Assembly (NCBI GenBank): GCA_965232485.1
Contig: OZ246975.1
Location: 831,049-895,048, forward strand
Source of the DNA: Rhodothermales bacterium
Lineage (GTDB): Bacteria; Bacteroidota; Rhodothermia; Rhodothermales; VXPQ01
Length of the DNA stretch: 64,000 nucleotides
Direction of reading: 5' to 3'
Position numbers and translations under genes: made by a program. Positions 1 through 8,319 of this stretch are shown here, piece after piece. How positions within the stretch are numbered: position 1 is the first letter of the stretch; every line of letters starts with the position of its first letter. The notes below the pieces were generated by a model. It saw nothing but the letters and a program-made list of their open reading frames with translations, had not been told where the DNA came from and searched no databases.

Positions 1-1455
1 ATTGCGCGGCCCGCACGAAATCGCGTTTCCGCCCAGAATGTCCATGGCGTCATTCACGATCCGCCGTTGCATCTCCGTCGCATTGTACTTGGCGATCGCG
101 GTCACGACGGACGGCTTGGCTCCCCCGTCTATCGCGCCGCACGTGTAGCAGCGCATGGCTTCCATGGCGTACATATACCCGCCCATGCGCGCCAGCGGCT
201 CCTCTATTCCCTCGAATCGCCCGATAGGCAGCCCGAATTGCTTCCGCACCGCTGCATGGGCCGACGCAACGCCGCACACATATTGCGCCCCGCCCGCACT
301 CATGGCCGGAAGCGAAATGCCCCGTCCCGCAGCAAGAGATTCCACCAGCATGCGCCAACCGGCGCCCGCGCCCTCCTTCCCCCCGATAATGGCGTCCACC
401 GGAACCACCACGTCATGTCCTTCCGTTTTCGAGTTGACGAACGCCAGGCCCAGCGGGTCGTGCCGCCAGCCGGTTTCGACGCCCGGCGTATCCACAGGAA
501 TCAGCGCACAGGTGACGCCCGGCGCAACCCCCTTGCCAAGCAGATTCTCCGGGTCTTTCAGGCGAAACGCCAACCCCAGAATGGTGGCGACCCCCGCCAG
601 CGTAATGTATCGCTTGCTCCAGTTCAGGCGTATGCGAATCTCCCCATCTTCATCCCGGAAAACCACGCCTTCGGAAGCAATCGAACCCGCATCGGAACCC
701 GCCCCGGGTTCCGTAAGCGCAAACGCCGGAATCTCCTCGCCGCGCGCAAGGCGCGGAAGGTAATGTTCGCGCTGGGCCTGCGTACCGTAGTGAATAAGCA
801 ATTCGGCCGGACCCAGCGAATTCGGCACCATGACGGTGATGGCCAGCGGCAACGAGCGGGTCGCGGTTTTCGCCACAACCGCGCTGTTGGCCATCGCCGA
901 AAAACCCAGGCCGCCATATTCCTTCGGTATGATCATGCCGAAGAAACGTTCTTCCTTGAGCGCATCCCACACCGCCCGGGACAGATCGCCGCGGCGATGC
1001 GTCTCCCAGTCGTCGGTTATGGCGCACACCCGTTCCAAAGGTCCTTCCATGAATGCGCGTTCCTCGTCCGTCAGGTCGGGATACGGCATGGCCAGCAATT
1101 TCCCGAAATCGGGACGGCCCGAAAACAAATCTCCATCCACCCATACGTCCCCCGCTTCGATGGCCGCCCGTTCGGTTTCGGAAATCGTGGGCAGAAAACC
1201 CGCCGAGCCCAACACGCGCATGACCGGGCCGGAAACCAGCAAACGCCGCAGGGCAGGCACATGAAACGCGAGCGCCAATGCGCCCGGCAGCGCCCAGAGC
1301 CACGCAGGGGCTCCCAACCCGTAAAGCAAGGCCGACCACAGGAGGGCGTACACGAGCAACGGGGCGCCTGCATACCCCGCCGCGAAAAGCGCCAGAACAA
1401 ATACGATCACTACCCAGATGACCGCCACATCCTGCAGGAAATGGTAATAAGGCAT
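1..1455 (-). CDS. fadE: acyl-CoA dehydrogenase, FadE-type; N-terminal 485 codons, 3' end beyond the left window edge
   Basis: Absent from the ORF track because it runs off the edge. My translation of the minus strand from ATG at 1455 (GGAG upstream) gives MPYYHFLQDVAVIWVVIVFVLALFAAG... (hydrophobic N-terminus). It continues ...FFGMIIPKEYGGLGFSA...AFALTEPGAGSDAGS...GGKEGAGAGWRMLVESLAAGRGISLPA, typical of the long membrane-associated E. coli FadE class. The frame stays open to nt 1 and starts 14 nt after the thiolase stop. Confidence 0.85.
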   Translation of the reverse strand, partial: MPYYHFLQDVAVIWVVIVFVLALFAAGYAGAPLLVYALLWSALLYGLGAPAWLWALPGALALAFHVPALRRLLVSGPVMRVLGSAGFLPTISETERAAIEAGDVWVDGDLFSGRPDFGKLLAMPYPDLTDEERAFMEGPLERVCAITDDWETHRRGDLSRAVWDALKEERFFGMIIPKEYGGLGFSAMANSAVVAKTATRSLPLAITVMVPNSLGPAELLIHYGTQAQREHYLPRLARGEEIPAFALTEPGAGSDAGSIASEGVVFRDEDGEIRIRLNWSKRYITLAGVATILGLAFRLKDPENLLGKGVAPGVTCALIPVDTPGVETGWRHDPLGLAFVNSKTEGHDVVVPVDAIIGGKEGAGAGWRMLVESLAAGRGISLPAMSAGGAQYVCGVASAHAAVRKQFGLPIGRFEGIEEPLARMGGYMYAMEAMRCYTCGAIDGGAKPSVVTAIAKYNATEMQRRIVNDAMDILGGNAISCGPRN

Positions 1456-1469
1456 AGTTCCTTGCTCCG

Positions 1470-2651
1470 TCAACCCCCAAGATACTCGATCACGCCGGCA
1501 GCGCCCATTCCCCCACCTACGCACATCGTGCACAGGCCATACCGGACCTTGCGCCGCGCCATTTCCCGAATGAGCGTGACCGTCAATTTCGCGCCCGTGC
1601 ATCCGAGGGGATGCCCCAGCGCGATGGCGCCTCCGTTCACATTCACGATCTCCTCGTCGAGACCCGCCTCGCGAATCACCGCAAGCGCCTGCGCGGCAAA
1701 GGCTTCGTTCAGTTCCACCAGGCCTATGTCCCGAATATCCAGTCCGGTTTGCTCCAGCGCCTTGCGTATCGCAGGCACAGGCCCCATGCCCATGACTTCG
1801 GGCGCCACCCCGACCACGGCGAACCCCGCGAGCCGGGCCTCGGGCTCCACGCCCAGTTCCTTCGCGCGCGCCTCGCTCATCAGCGTCAACGCCGCCGCTC
1901 CGTCGGAGCGCTGGGACGTATTGCCCGCCGTCACCGAGCCCCCATTCCGAAAAACCGGGCGCAAGCGGCCAAGGGCTTCAAGGCTGGTGTCGGAACGCGG
2001 CCCCTCATCCGTATCGAACGTCCGGCGAGCGGTCCGCGCAGCCCCCTCTTCGTAGCGCGTCTCCTCGATTTCGATGGGAAGAATTTCGTCCGCAAAACGC
2101 CCCGCCCGGATGGCCTCCAGCGCCCGCTCGTGCGAACGGAGCGCAAACCGGTCTTGATCTTCCCGGGAAATACCGTGGCGCGCGGCTACATTCTCCGCCG
2201 TAATGCCCATCGAAACGTAGACATCCATGTCCTGCGCCGCCAGGCCGGGGTCGGGCTGAAAAAAGAAGCCCGTCATCGGCACCATGCTCATCGACTCGAC
2301 GCCCCCCGCCACCGCCACCTGCATCGAACCCGTGCGAATCGCCTGGCTCGCCATGGCGATCGTCTGGAGGCCCGAGGAGCAAAATCGATTGACCGTAGCG
2401 CCGGGCGCTTCGTCCGGCAAACCCGCCTTCTGCGCAATCAGGCGGCCGATATTCTGTCCCTGGGCGCCTTCCGGGAAAGCACACCCCATCAATACATCCT
2501 CGACTGCGCCCGCGTCAAGTCCCTCGACGCGGCGAATCGCTTCGCGCACCACCGCCGCGCCCATCCGTTCAGGACGAACTTGCCGGAGCGCTCCCCGGTC
2601 AGCCTTGGCTACAGCCGTGCGTACGCTGCGAACGATGAAAGCGTCCTGCAT
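1470..2651 (-). CDS. fadA: acetyl-CoA C-acyltransferase (3-ketoacyl-CoA thiolase)
   Basis: 393-aa ORF with thiolase hallmarks: NRFCSSGLQ (active-site Cys), GNTSQRSDGAAA, NVNGGAIALGHPLGCTGA, CVGGGMGAAG. Confidence 0.95.
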   Translation of the reverse strand: MQDAFIVRSVRTAVAKADRGALRQVRPERMGAAVVREAIRRVEGLDAGAVEDVLMGCAFPEGAQGQNIGRLIAQKAGLPDEAPGATVNRFCSSGLQTIAMASQAIRTGSMQVAVAGGVESMSMVPMTGFFFQPDPGLAAQDMDVYVSMGITAENVAARHGISREDQDRFALRSHERALEAIRAGRFADEILPIEIEETRYEEGAARTARRTFDTDEGPRSDTSLEALGRLRPVFRNGGSVTAGNTSQRSDGAAALTLMSEARAKELGVEPEARLAGFAVVGVAPEVMGMGPVPAIRKALEQTGLDIRDIGLVELNEAFAAQALAVIREAGLDEEIVNVNGGAIALGHPLGCTGAKLTVTLIREMARRKVRYGLCTMCVGGGMGAAGVIEYLGG

Positions 2652-2654
2652 GGG

Positions 2655-5069
2655 TTAATTCCTCAGCGGTTTTTTCGTCTTTAACATGTGTGCAATGCGG
2701 TCTTGCGTTTTTTGCTCGCATATCAGCTCGATAAACACGCGGCGCTCCAGTTCAATGAGGTATTCCTCGTCCACCTCTTCGGCGCCGGTCAGGTCTCCTC
2801 CGGTCATTACGAAGGCAAGCCGCCCGGCAAGCCATGCATCGTATTCGGATATAAACCGACCCTCGACGAACTGCCGCGCCATCACGTCCAGCGCCGCCCC
2901 GCCGGGCCGCCCCAACACCCGAATACGTTGCGGGACCGGCGGGCGATACCCTGCGGCGGAAAGGCGCAGCGCCTCCTCGCGGGCTACAAAAAGCCGCCGG
3001 TCCTCGTGCATGACGATCCGGGCATGCTGCGTCAGAAAACCCAATTGCCGCGCTTCCTCCGCGCTCGTCGAAACGCGGGACATCGCCACCGTTTCGAAAA
3101 ATCGCTGAATCCAGGCCTGAATTTCGGACGGATGGCCGTTTGCCGCCCGACGGGACGCTTTCGCCGCCAGGCGCATCGTACCCGTTCCCGCCGGAATCAG
3201 CCCCACGCCCAGTTCCACAAGGCCTGCGTAACACTCCGCCGAAACCACCTGATTCGGACACGCCATGAGCAACTCGCACCCGCCGCCCAGCGCCCGCCCA
3301 TGGGCTGCTGCGACCACCGGCTTGCGCGCATGCCGCACGCGCTGGATCGTTTGCTGAAATACCTCGATCTGCCGATCCACCGCCTGTACGGCTCCCTGCT
3401 GCAAGGCGCCCGCCAGTTCCACGAGATTCGCCCCCACCGAGAAATTACGCCCCTCGTTTCCTATCACAAGCCCCTTGCGCGACGAATCTCCTTCAACATG
3501 GTCGACGGCGTACGCGATCGCTTCCATCACGCCCTGGCCCAGCGTATTCGCCTTCGAACGAAACTCCAGCAACGCCACCCCCTCGCCCATATCGAGCAGG
3601 CCCGCCTCGCTCGATTCCCACAAGGTCCGCCCCGCCTCCGACCGGATGGCGGCCAAGCCCACATAATCTTCCGGAGCGGGATCGGGCGCATGCCCCGCGC
3701 TTGCCGGAACATAGACCGCCCGCGCTCCCCCATCGGCCCGGTAAAACCCGCCCGCCCCCACTGCATCCGCCGCCCAGGCAGGCGTTTCCAGCCCCGCGGC
3801 GTCCATATCGTTCAGAACCCGCCTGGCGCCCAGCGCATCCCACAGCTCGAACGGACCCAGTTCCCAGCCGAACCCCCAGCGCATGGCGCGGTCCACAGCT
3901 GCAGGCCGTTCCGAAATTTCAGGGATTCTTCGCGCAGCGTACGCCAGCAAATCCAGCGTCGTACCCCGAAAGAAGGCGCCCGAACGCCCATCCGCTTCAT
4001 ACAACGCCCGCAAACGGTCCTCCACGGCGCGCAAACGGCTTATTCCCGGCAGGGCGGGCAATTGCACGGGCCGCGCAGAACCATACGTCAGGGACTCCGG
4101 GTCCACGGACTTGATTTCCCCGTCTTCTTTCGCATAAAACCCCGTCCGGGTCTTTTGCCCCAGCCGCCCCGCCTGCACCAATCGGGACAACAAGTCCGGC
4201 GGGCGAAAGGCCTCGCGGCTTTCGTCGTCCGGAACCGCCTCGTACAGATTGCGCGCCGCGGCCCACAATACATCAAGGCCCACCACGTCCGCCGTACGGA
4301 ACGTGGCGGATCGGGGACGGCCAACCAGCGGACCCGTCAGGGCGTCGATCTCTTCGATCGCATAGCCCTGCTCCGTAAAGCCGCGAATCGCCTGCATCAT
4401 GCCGTACACCCCGATGCGATTCCCTATGAAATAGGGCGTATCCCTGGCTATGACAATGCTTTTTCCGAGGTGAATCCGTCCAAAATGCGCGATGCGAGCC
4501 AGCGCGTCCGGGTCCGTATCCGGGGCGGGAACCAGTTCCAGCAGCCGCAAATAGCGCGGTGGATTGAAAAAATGGGCGCCGAGGAAATGGCGCCGAAACG
4601 CTTCGCTGTGTCCGGCGGCGATCCGGGCTACGGAAAGTCCGCTCGTATTGGTGGATACGATGGTCCCCGGCCGAATAACCGATTCGACCTGTTCGAGCAA
4701 GGCGCGCTTCGCGTCCAGTCGCTCCACCACCGCTTCGATCACCCATTCCGCTTCGGACAACCGGTCGAGGTGATCTTCGAAATTGCCGACCTCAATGCGA
4801 CCGCGCGCCGCCTCGCTGAAAAACGGCGCAGGCCTGGCTTGCGCGGCGGCTTTCAGTCCCCGCTCGACAATAGCGTTGCGGGTCGCGCCTTTCTCGAACG
4901 CCACATCGAACAACAACACATGCAGCCCCGCATTGGCAAGGTGCGCGGCAATTTGCGCGCCCATGACGCCGGCGCCCAGTACGGCGGCTTTGCGAAACGG
5001 GAGCCAGGCATGAGGCGGAGCGAATGCGTCCGAAACATGGTCGGGCGCTGCCGTCGAATGTGCGTGCAT
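2655..5069 (-). CDS. bifunctional 3-hydroxyacyl-CoA dehydrogenase / enoyl-CoA hydratase (N-terminal HCDH, C-terminal crotonase; FadN-like order)
   Basis: 804-aa ORF. The N-terminus has the Rossmann motif VLGAGVMGAQIAAHLANAG. The C-terminal half is a crotonase fold (GLVIGNEGRNFSVGANL...AAAHGRALGGGCEL). There is a 3-nt gap to the thiolase. Confidence 0.93.
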   Translation of the reverse strand: MHAHSTAAPDHVSDAFAPPHAWLPFRKAAVLGAGVMGAQIAAHLANAGLHVLLFDVAFEKGATRNAIVERGLKAAAQARPAPFFSEAARGRIEVGNFEDHLDRLSEAEWVIEAVVERLDAKRALLEQVESVIRPGTIVSTNTSGLSVARIAAGHSEAFRRHFLGAHFFNPPRYLRLLELVPAPDTDPDALARIAHFGRIHLGKSIVIARDTPYFIGNRIGVYGMMQAIRGFTEQGYAIEEIDALTGPLVGRPRSATFRTADVVGLDVLWAAARNLYEAVPDDESREAFRPPDLLSRLVQAGRLGQKTRTGFYAKEDGEIKSVDPESLTYGSARPVQLPALPGISRLRAVEDRLRALYEADGRSGAFFRGTTLDLLAYAARRIPEISERPAAVDRAMRWGFGWELGPFELWDALGARRVLNDMDAAGLETPAWAADAVGAGGFYRADGGARAVYVPASAGHAPDPAPEDYVGLAAIRSEAGRTLWESSEAGLLDMGEGVALLEFRSKANTLGQGVMEAIAYAVDHVEGDSSRKGLVIGNEGRNFSVGANLVELAGALQQGAVQAVDRQIEVFQQTIQRVRHARKPVVAAAHGRALGGGCELLMACPNQVVSAECYAGLVELGVGLIPAGTGTMRLAAKASRRAANGHPSEIQAWIQRFFETVAMSRVSTSAEEARQLGFLTQHARIVMHEDRRLFVAREEALRLSAAGYRPPVPQRIRVLGRPGGAALDVMARQFVEGRFISEYDAWLAGRLAFVMTGGDLTGAEEVDEEYLIELERRVFIELICEQKTQDRIAHMLKTKKPLRN

Positions 5070-5145
5070 AATATGAAAATATGAACAGGGTCTTGAAAAT
5101 TCCGTACGGACGACGCCGTAACGAACAGCGAACGGCGGCGGCGTT

Positions 5146-7062
5146 CTACTTGCGTTCCTCCACTACCACGACTTCGGCGGGCAGATCCCCTTCGCCGTAC
5201 ATCTCCCCGATTTCTTCCGCAAATCGTTCTTCGACCTGCCGTCGGCGCACCTTCAGCGTGGGCGTAAGCAAACCGTTTTCCGTCGTGAGCGAAGCAATCG
5301 CTATGCGAAACCGTTTAATGCTCGACCATGGCTCCATGCCTGCATTGGCCTCCCGCACCAGCTCGCGCAGATGCGCTTGCACGGCGGGCAAGGCGACCAG
5401 CGCTTCGGCGGACAACCCTTCCTCTGCGCCGCAAGTCCGGGCGTAATCCTTCAGATTCTCCAGATCTGGAAACACGAGCGCCGCGCAATACTGGCGGCCG
5501 CTGCCCAACGCCATGGCCTCTTCGATCGCCGGATGCGCCCGCAACCGGTTCTCGATGGGCTGGGGCGCCACATATTTTCCCGTGGAGAGCTTGAAAAGCG
5601 ATTTCTTTCGGTCCGTGATCCGCAAATAGCCCGGCGGCGAAAACAACCCGATATCGCCGGTATGCAACCACCCCTCTTCATCGATGACCTCTTTCGTCAA
5701 GGCCTCGTTCTTGTAGTATCCCTGCATCACGTACGGCCCACGCGTCAAAATCTCTCCATCCTCCGCAATCTTCACCTCGGCTCCCGGAATCAATTCCCCC
5801 ACCGTACCGGGCTGAACGCGCCCTTTTCGGTTAAAGGAGATCACGGGGCTCGTTTCCGTAAGGCCGTATCCTTCCAGCACCGTAATGTTCGCCGCCGCAA
5901 ACAAATTGGTCAGGCGCGCGCCCAGCGCCGCGCCGCCCGAAATAAGAAAATGCACGCGGCCGCCCAGCGCCTTGCGCCATTTTTCGAAGAGAAGGCGATC
6001 CGCCGCCTTGAGCGATAACGCCTGGAGTCCGCTCGGCGGCGACAATACGTTGTACCGTTCGCCCTTGGACAACGCCCAGGAAGCGATGGCCTTTTGCAGG
6101 CCGCGCATGCCGGCAATCCGCGTCAGCACGGCGGCGTACACTTTCTCCAGCACCCGCGGCACCGTGGCGAATATGGTGGGCCGCACCTCGGCGATGTGCT
6201 GCATGAGGAATTCCTGCGTCGTGAAATACACGGACGACCCATGATAGATAAAGCCGTACTGGAGCATCCTCGCGAAAATATGGGTCAGAGGCAAAAACGA
6301 AACGATCTGCTCGCCCTCCTCGCCTGCGCGATAGCCCGGCATCCCGGAAAAAGACGTAAGCGCATTCGCGCTGATATTTTCATGCGTCAGTACGACGCCC
6401 TTGGGCTGCCCCGTCGTGCCGCTCGTATACAGAATAGTAGCCAAATCCTGCGGCCCCACCCGCTCGCGCAACGCAGCAACGGCGTCGGCGTCTTCCTCCA
6501 TCCGGCGACGCCCGAAATCCCGAACCGCATCCAGCGTGAAGGCTTCCACGCCTTCCGGAAGCGACGCCGCATCCAGCGTCTCCCCGTCCGCCGCGATCAC
6601 CGCCGAAACCGCAGGGCATTCGGGCAATATATCCTGGATGGCTTGCAGGTGTCGTCCGCTGGAAACCGCCACGACCTTCGCCCCCGAATGGGCGAGCACA
6701 TACCGAATCTGGTCTGGCCCATGCGCCAGATACATGGGTACGTCAATGACGCCGGCCAGCAAGCAACCCATGTCCGCCACGCAGAACGACACATCGCTTT
6801 CCATATAAAGCGCAAGACGGTCCCCGTGCGCCAATCCGAGATCGGCGAGTCCCAGCGCCACTTCCTCGGCATGGCGCCGAAACGCGCTCAGGGAAAAGGA
6901 CCGCCAGCCGCCCGCTCCGTCCGGCTCGTTAAACGCACGGCGGTTCACATACCGCTCCGACGCTTCGTACAGCAAGTCTGGCAGGGTCTTTCCCAGGGTG
7001 AGCGCTCCGCTGCCCGGCGGCGCGGCAAGCGTCTTTTCCGATTCCGATATGGCGTCCGACAT
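5146..7062 (-). CDS. fadD: long-chain fatty-acid--CoA ligase (AMP-dependent synthetase)
   Basis: 638-aa ORF with the AMP-binding motif ILYTSGTTGQPKGVVLTHENI, then GYGLTETSP and TGDIG...ITDRKKSLFKLSTGKYVAPQ. First gene of the fad operon. Confidence 0.9.
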   Translation of the reverse strand: MSDAISESEKTLAAPPGSGALTLGKTLPDLLYEASERYVNRRAFNEPDGAGGWRSFSLSAFRRHAEEVALGLADLGLAHGDRLALYMESDVSFCVADMGCLLAGVIDVPMYLAHGPDQIRYVLAHSGAKVVAVSSGRHLQAIQDILPECPAVSAVIAADGETLDAASLPEGVEAFTLDAVRDFGRRRMEEDADAVAALRERVGPQDLATILYTSGTTGQPKGVVLTHENISANALTSFSGMPGYRAGEEGEQIVSFLPLTHIFARMLQYGFIYHGSSVYFTTQEFLMQHIAEVRPTIFATVPRVLEKVYAAVLTRIAGMRGLQKAIASWALSKGERYNVLSPPSGLQALSLKAADRLLFEKWRKALGGRVHFLISGGAALGARLTNLFAAANITVLEGYGLTETSPVISFNRKGRVQPGTVGELIPGAEVKIAEDGEILTRGPYVMQGYYKNEALTKEVIDEEGWLHTGDIGLFSPPGYLRITDRKKSLFKLSTGKYVAPQPIENRLRAHPAIEEAMALGSGRQYCAALVFPDLENLKDYARTCGAEEGLSAEALVALPAVQAHLRELVREANAGMEPWSSIKRFRIAIASLTTENGLLTPTLKVRRRQVEERFAEEIGEMYGEGDLPAEVVVVEERK

Positions 7063-7167
7063 GCCTGTTTCTCATTCTGAACGAAAAAAGCGCAACGCAA
7101 GCGCACTACGTCTTCCGAAAGAAAAGAAAAATCGCAACGGAATAAAAGCCCGATCCGAATACGTCGC

Positions 7168-7210
7168 GCAGGAAAAACAAACAGGGCCGCCCGCATCTTC
7201 GGACGGCCCC
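7168..7210 (-). terminator. rho-independent terminator downstream of the DUF4097 gene
   Basis: Minus strand reads GGGCCGTCCGAAGATGCGGGCGGCCC (9-10 bp GC stem with one bulge) followed by TGTTTGTTTTTCC. Confidence 0.6.
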
Positions 7211-7252
7211 CGGATACTCTGCTGGCCCCGCTGCGACAAATTTCGTCGGGCG

Positions 7253-8182
7253 CTACTGCTTGCGCAAGGCCACATTGCCCACGGCGGCGTACATGCGCAA
7301 GTCCGGGCCGCCGCCATTAATACTGCCTGCAAAGGTTTTTCGGGTCCACCTGCCTTCCACGCCCAGCGGATAGTCCGTACTCGCCGACCCTGCGGCGCAC
7401 TCTGCATCGACGTCCACGCCTACGCTGCCCGCCACATACACCATGACGCTTCCGGCCCCCGTACTAAGATGAGACGCTCCGTCCGGCTGGTCGGTAATAT
7501 ACACTTCAATGTTGCCCGCGCCCACCTTGACCGTGGCTTCGCCGCGCGTGGATCGAATAACCACATTGCCTGCGCCCGCATACGCCTCCACTTTCTCGCC
7601 TGCACTTTCGATGGCGATATTGCCAGAACCCGAAACCACCTCGACCGATCCGCTCACTTCGCCGATTTCAATGTTGCCTGCCCCGGTCAGGCCGGAAATG
7701 TTTCCGGAAAAAGACCCCAGTTCCACATTGCCTGCGCCCGTCCTGAATTCGACGTTGTAGTTCTCGGGGATCCTTGCCCGGACCCGCACTCTGAGCCGAT
7801 CGACGGAGCGAATGCGGTTCCAGAACGTATCCTCCTGGTCAAAGCGCGACTCCACGTAGACGCCCCCGTCCCGTTCCTCGATTTGCAGTTCGTGCCGTTC
7901 GAAAATGCGCTCGGCCTTTTCGCGGGAATCAGTCGTCACCTTCCGCTCTACCTCGATAAGCACCTCCCGGCCAGGTCCGGGCAATATCTCCACTCGACCC
8001 TGATCTATGTCCAGCTCCAGGGTGCCGCCGGGACGAACCTTGTAGGAACGCTTGACCGTATCCTTGATATCGACCAGGTCGGCGTCGCCTGCATGGAAGT
8101 TCGCCGTAACCAGCAGCGCGGCGGCAAGGAGGGACCACGTTCGGACGTATTGCGGGAGGCGGTTCGGCATAGCGGCGACCAT
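7253..8182 (-). CDS. DUF4097-family (putative adhesin / beta-helix repeat) secreted protein
   Basis: ORF 7253..8260. The likely start is the internal Met (MVAAMPNRLPQYVRTWSLLAAALLVTANFHA is signal-like). The C-terminal half has reiterated GAGNVE/GAGNIE/GSGNIA strands typical of DUF4097. Confidence 0.7.
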   Translation of the reverse strand: MVAAMPNRLPQYVRTWSLLAAALLVTANFHAGDADLVDIKDTVKRSYKVRPGGTLELDIDQGRVEILPGPGREVLIEVERKVTTDSREKAERIFERHELQIEERDGGVYVESRFDQEDTFWNRIRSVDRLRVRVRARIPENYNVEFRTGAGNVELGSFSGNISGLTGAGNIEIGEVSGSVEVVSGSGNIAIESAGEKVEAYAGAGNVVIRSTRGEATVKVGAGNIEVYITDQPDGASHLSTGAGSVMVYVAGSVGVDVDAECAAGSASTDYPLGVEGRWTRKTFAGSINGGGPDLRMYAAVGNVALRKQ

Positions 8183-8261
8183 GTCGTTCTGGCAAAGCAA
8201 TTTTTGGGGGATTACTCCGCAATACGGAAAATTTCTTCCATAGTTGCGGAAACACTGCAAA

Positions 8262-8319
8262 AATTTACGGCCCCTGCACGCCAGCGCGCCCTTCGCAGCC
8301 TCTGTTAATCAGAGCTTCC
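8262..8319 (-). repeat. intergenic inverted-repeat element, short copy E (terminal repeat plus left arm)
   Basis: Minus strand reads TAA|GGAAGCTCTGATTAACAGAGGCTGCGAAGGGCGCGCTGGCGTGCAGGGGCC. It aligns to copy B (GGATGCTCTGATTAAG...AGAGGCTGACAGAGGCGCGCTGGCTGTG...GCGGGGCC). It begins at the nucleotide after the rpoC stop. Confidence 0.6.

Noticed and set aside
7209-7250. GGATACTCTG (identical to the first 10 nt of the copy-C terminus) followed by weak similarity to copy E. A second weak terminus-like match is TTTTGGATCGTATCC at about 23831-23845.
   Set aside because: Both are too short and degenerate to call as repeat copies without a genome-wide model. I keep them only as possible eroded remnants.
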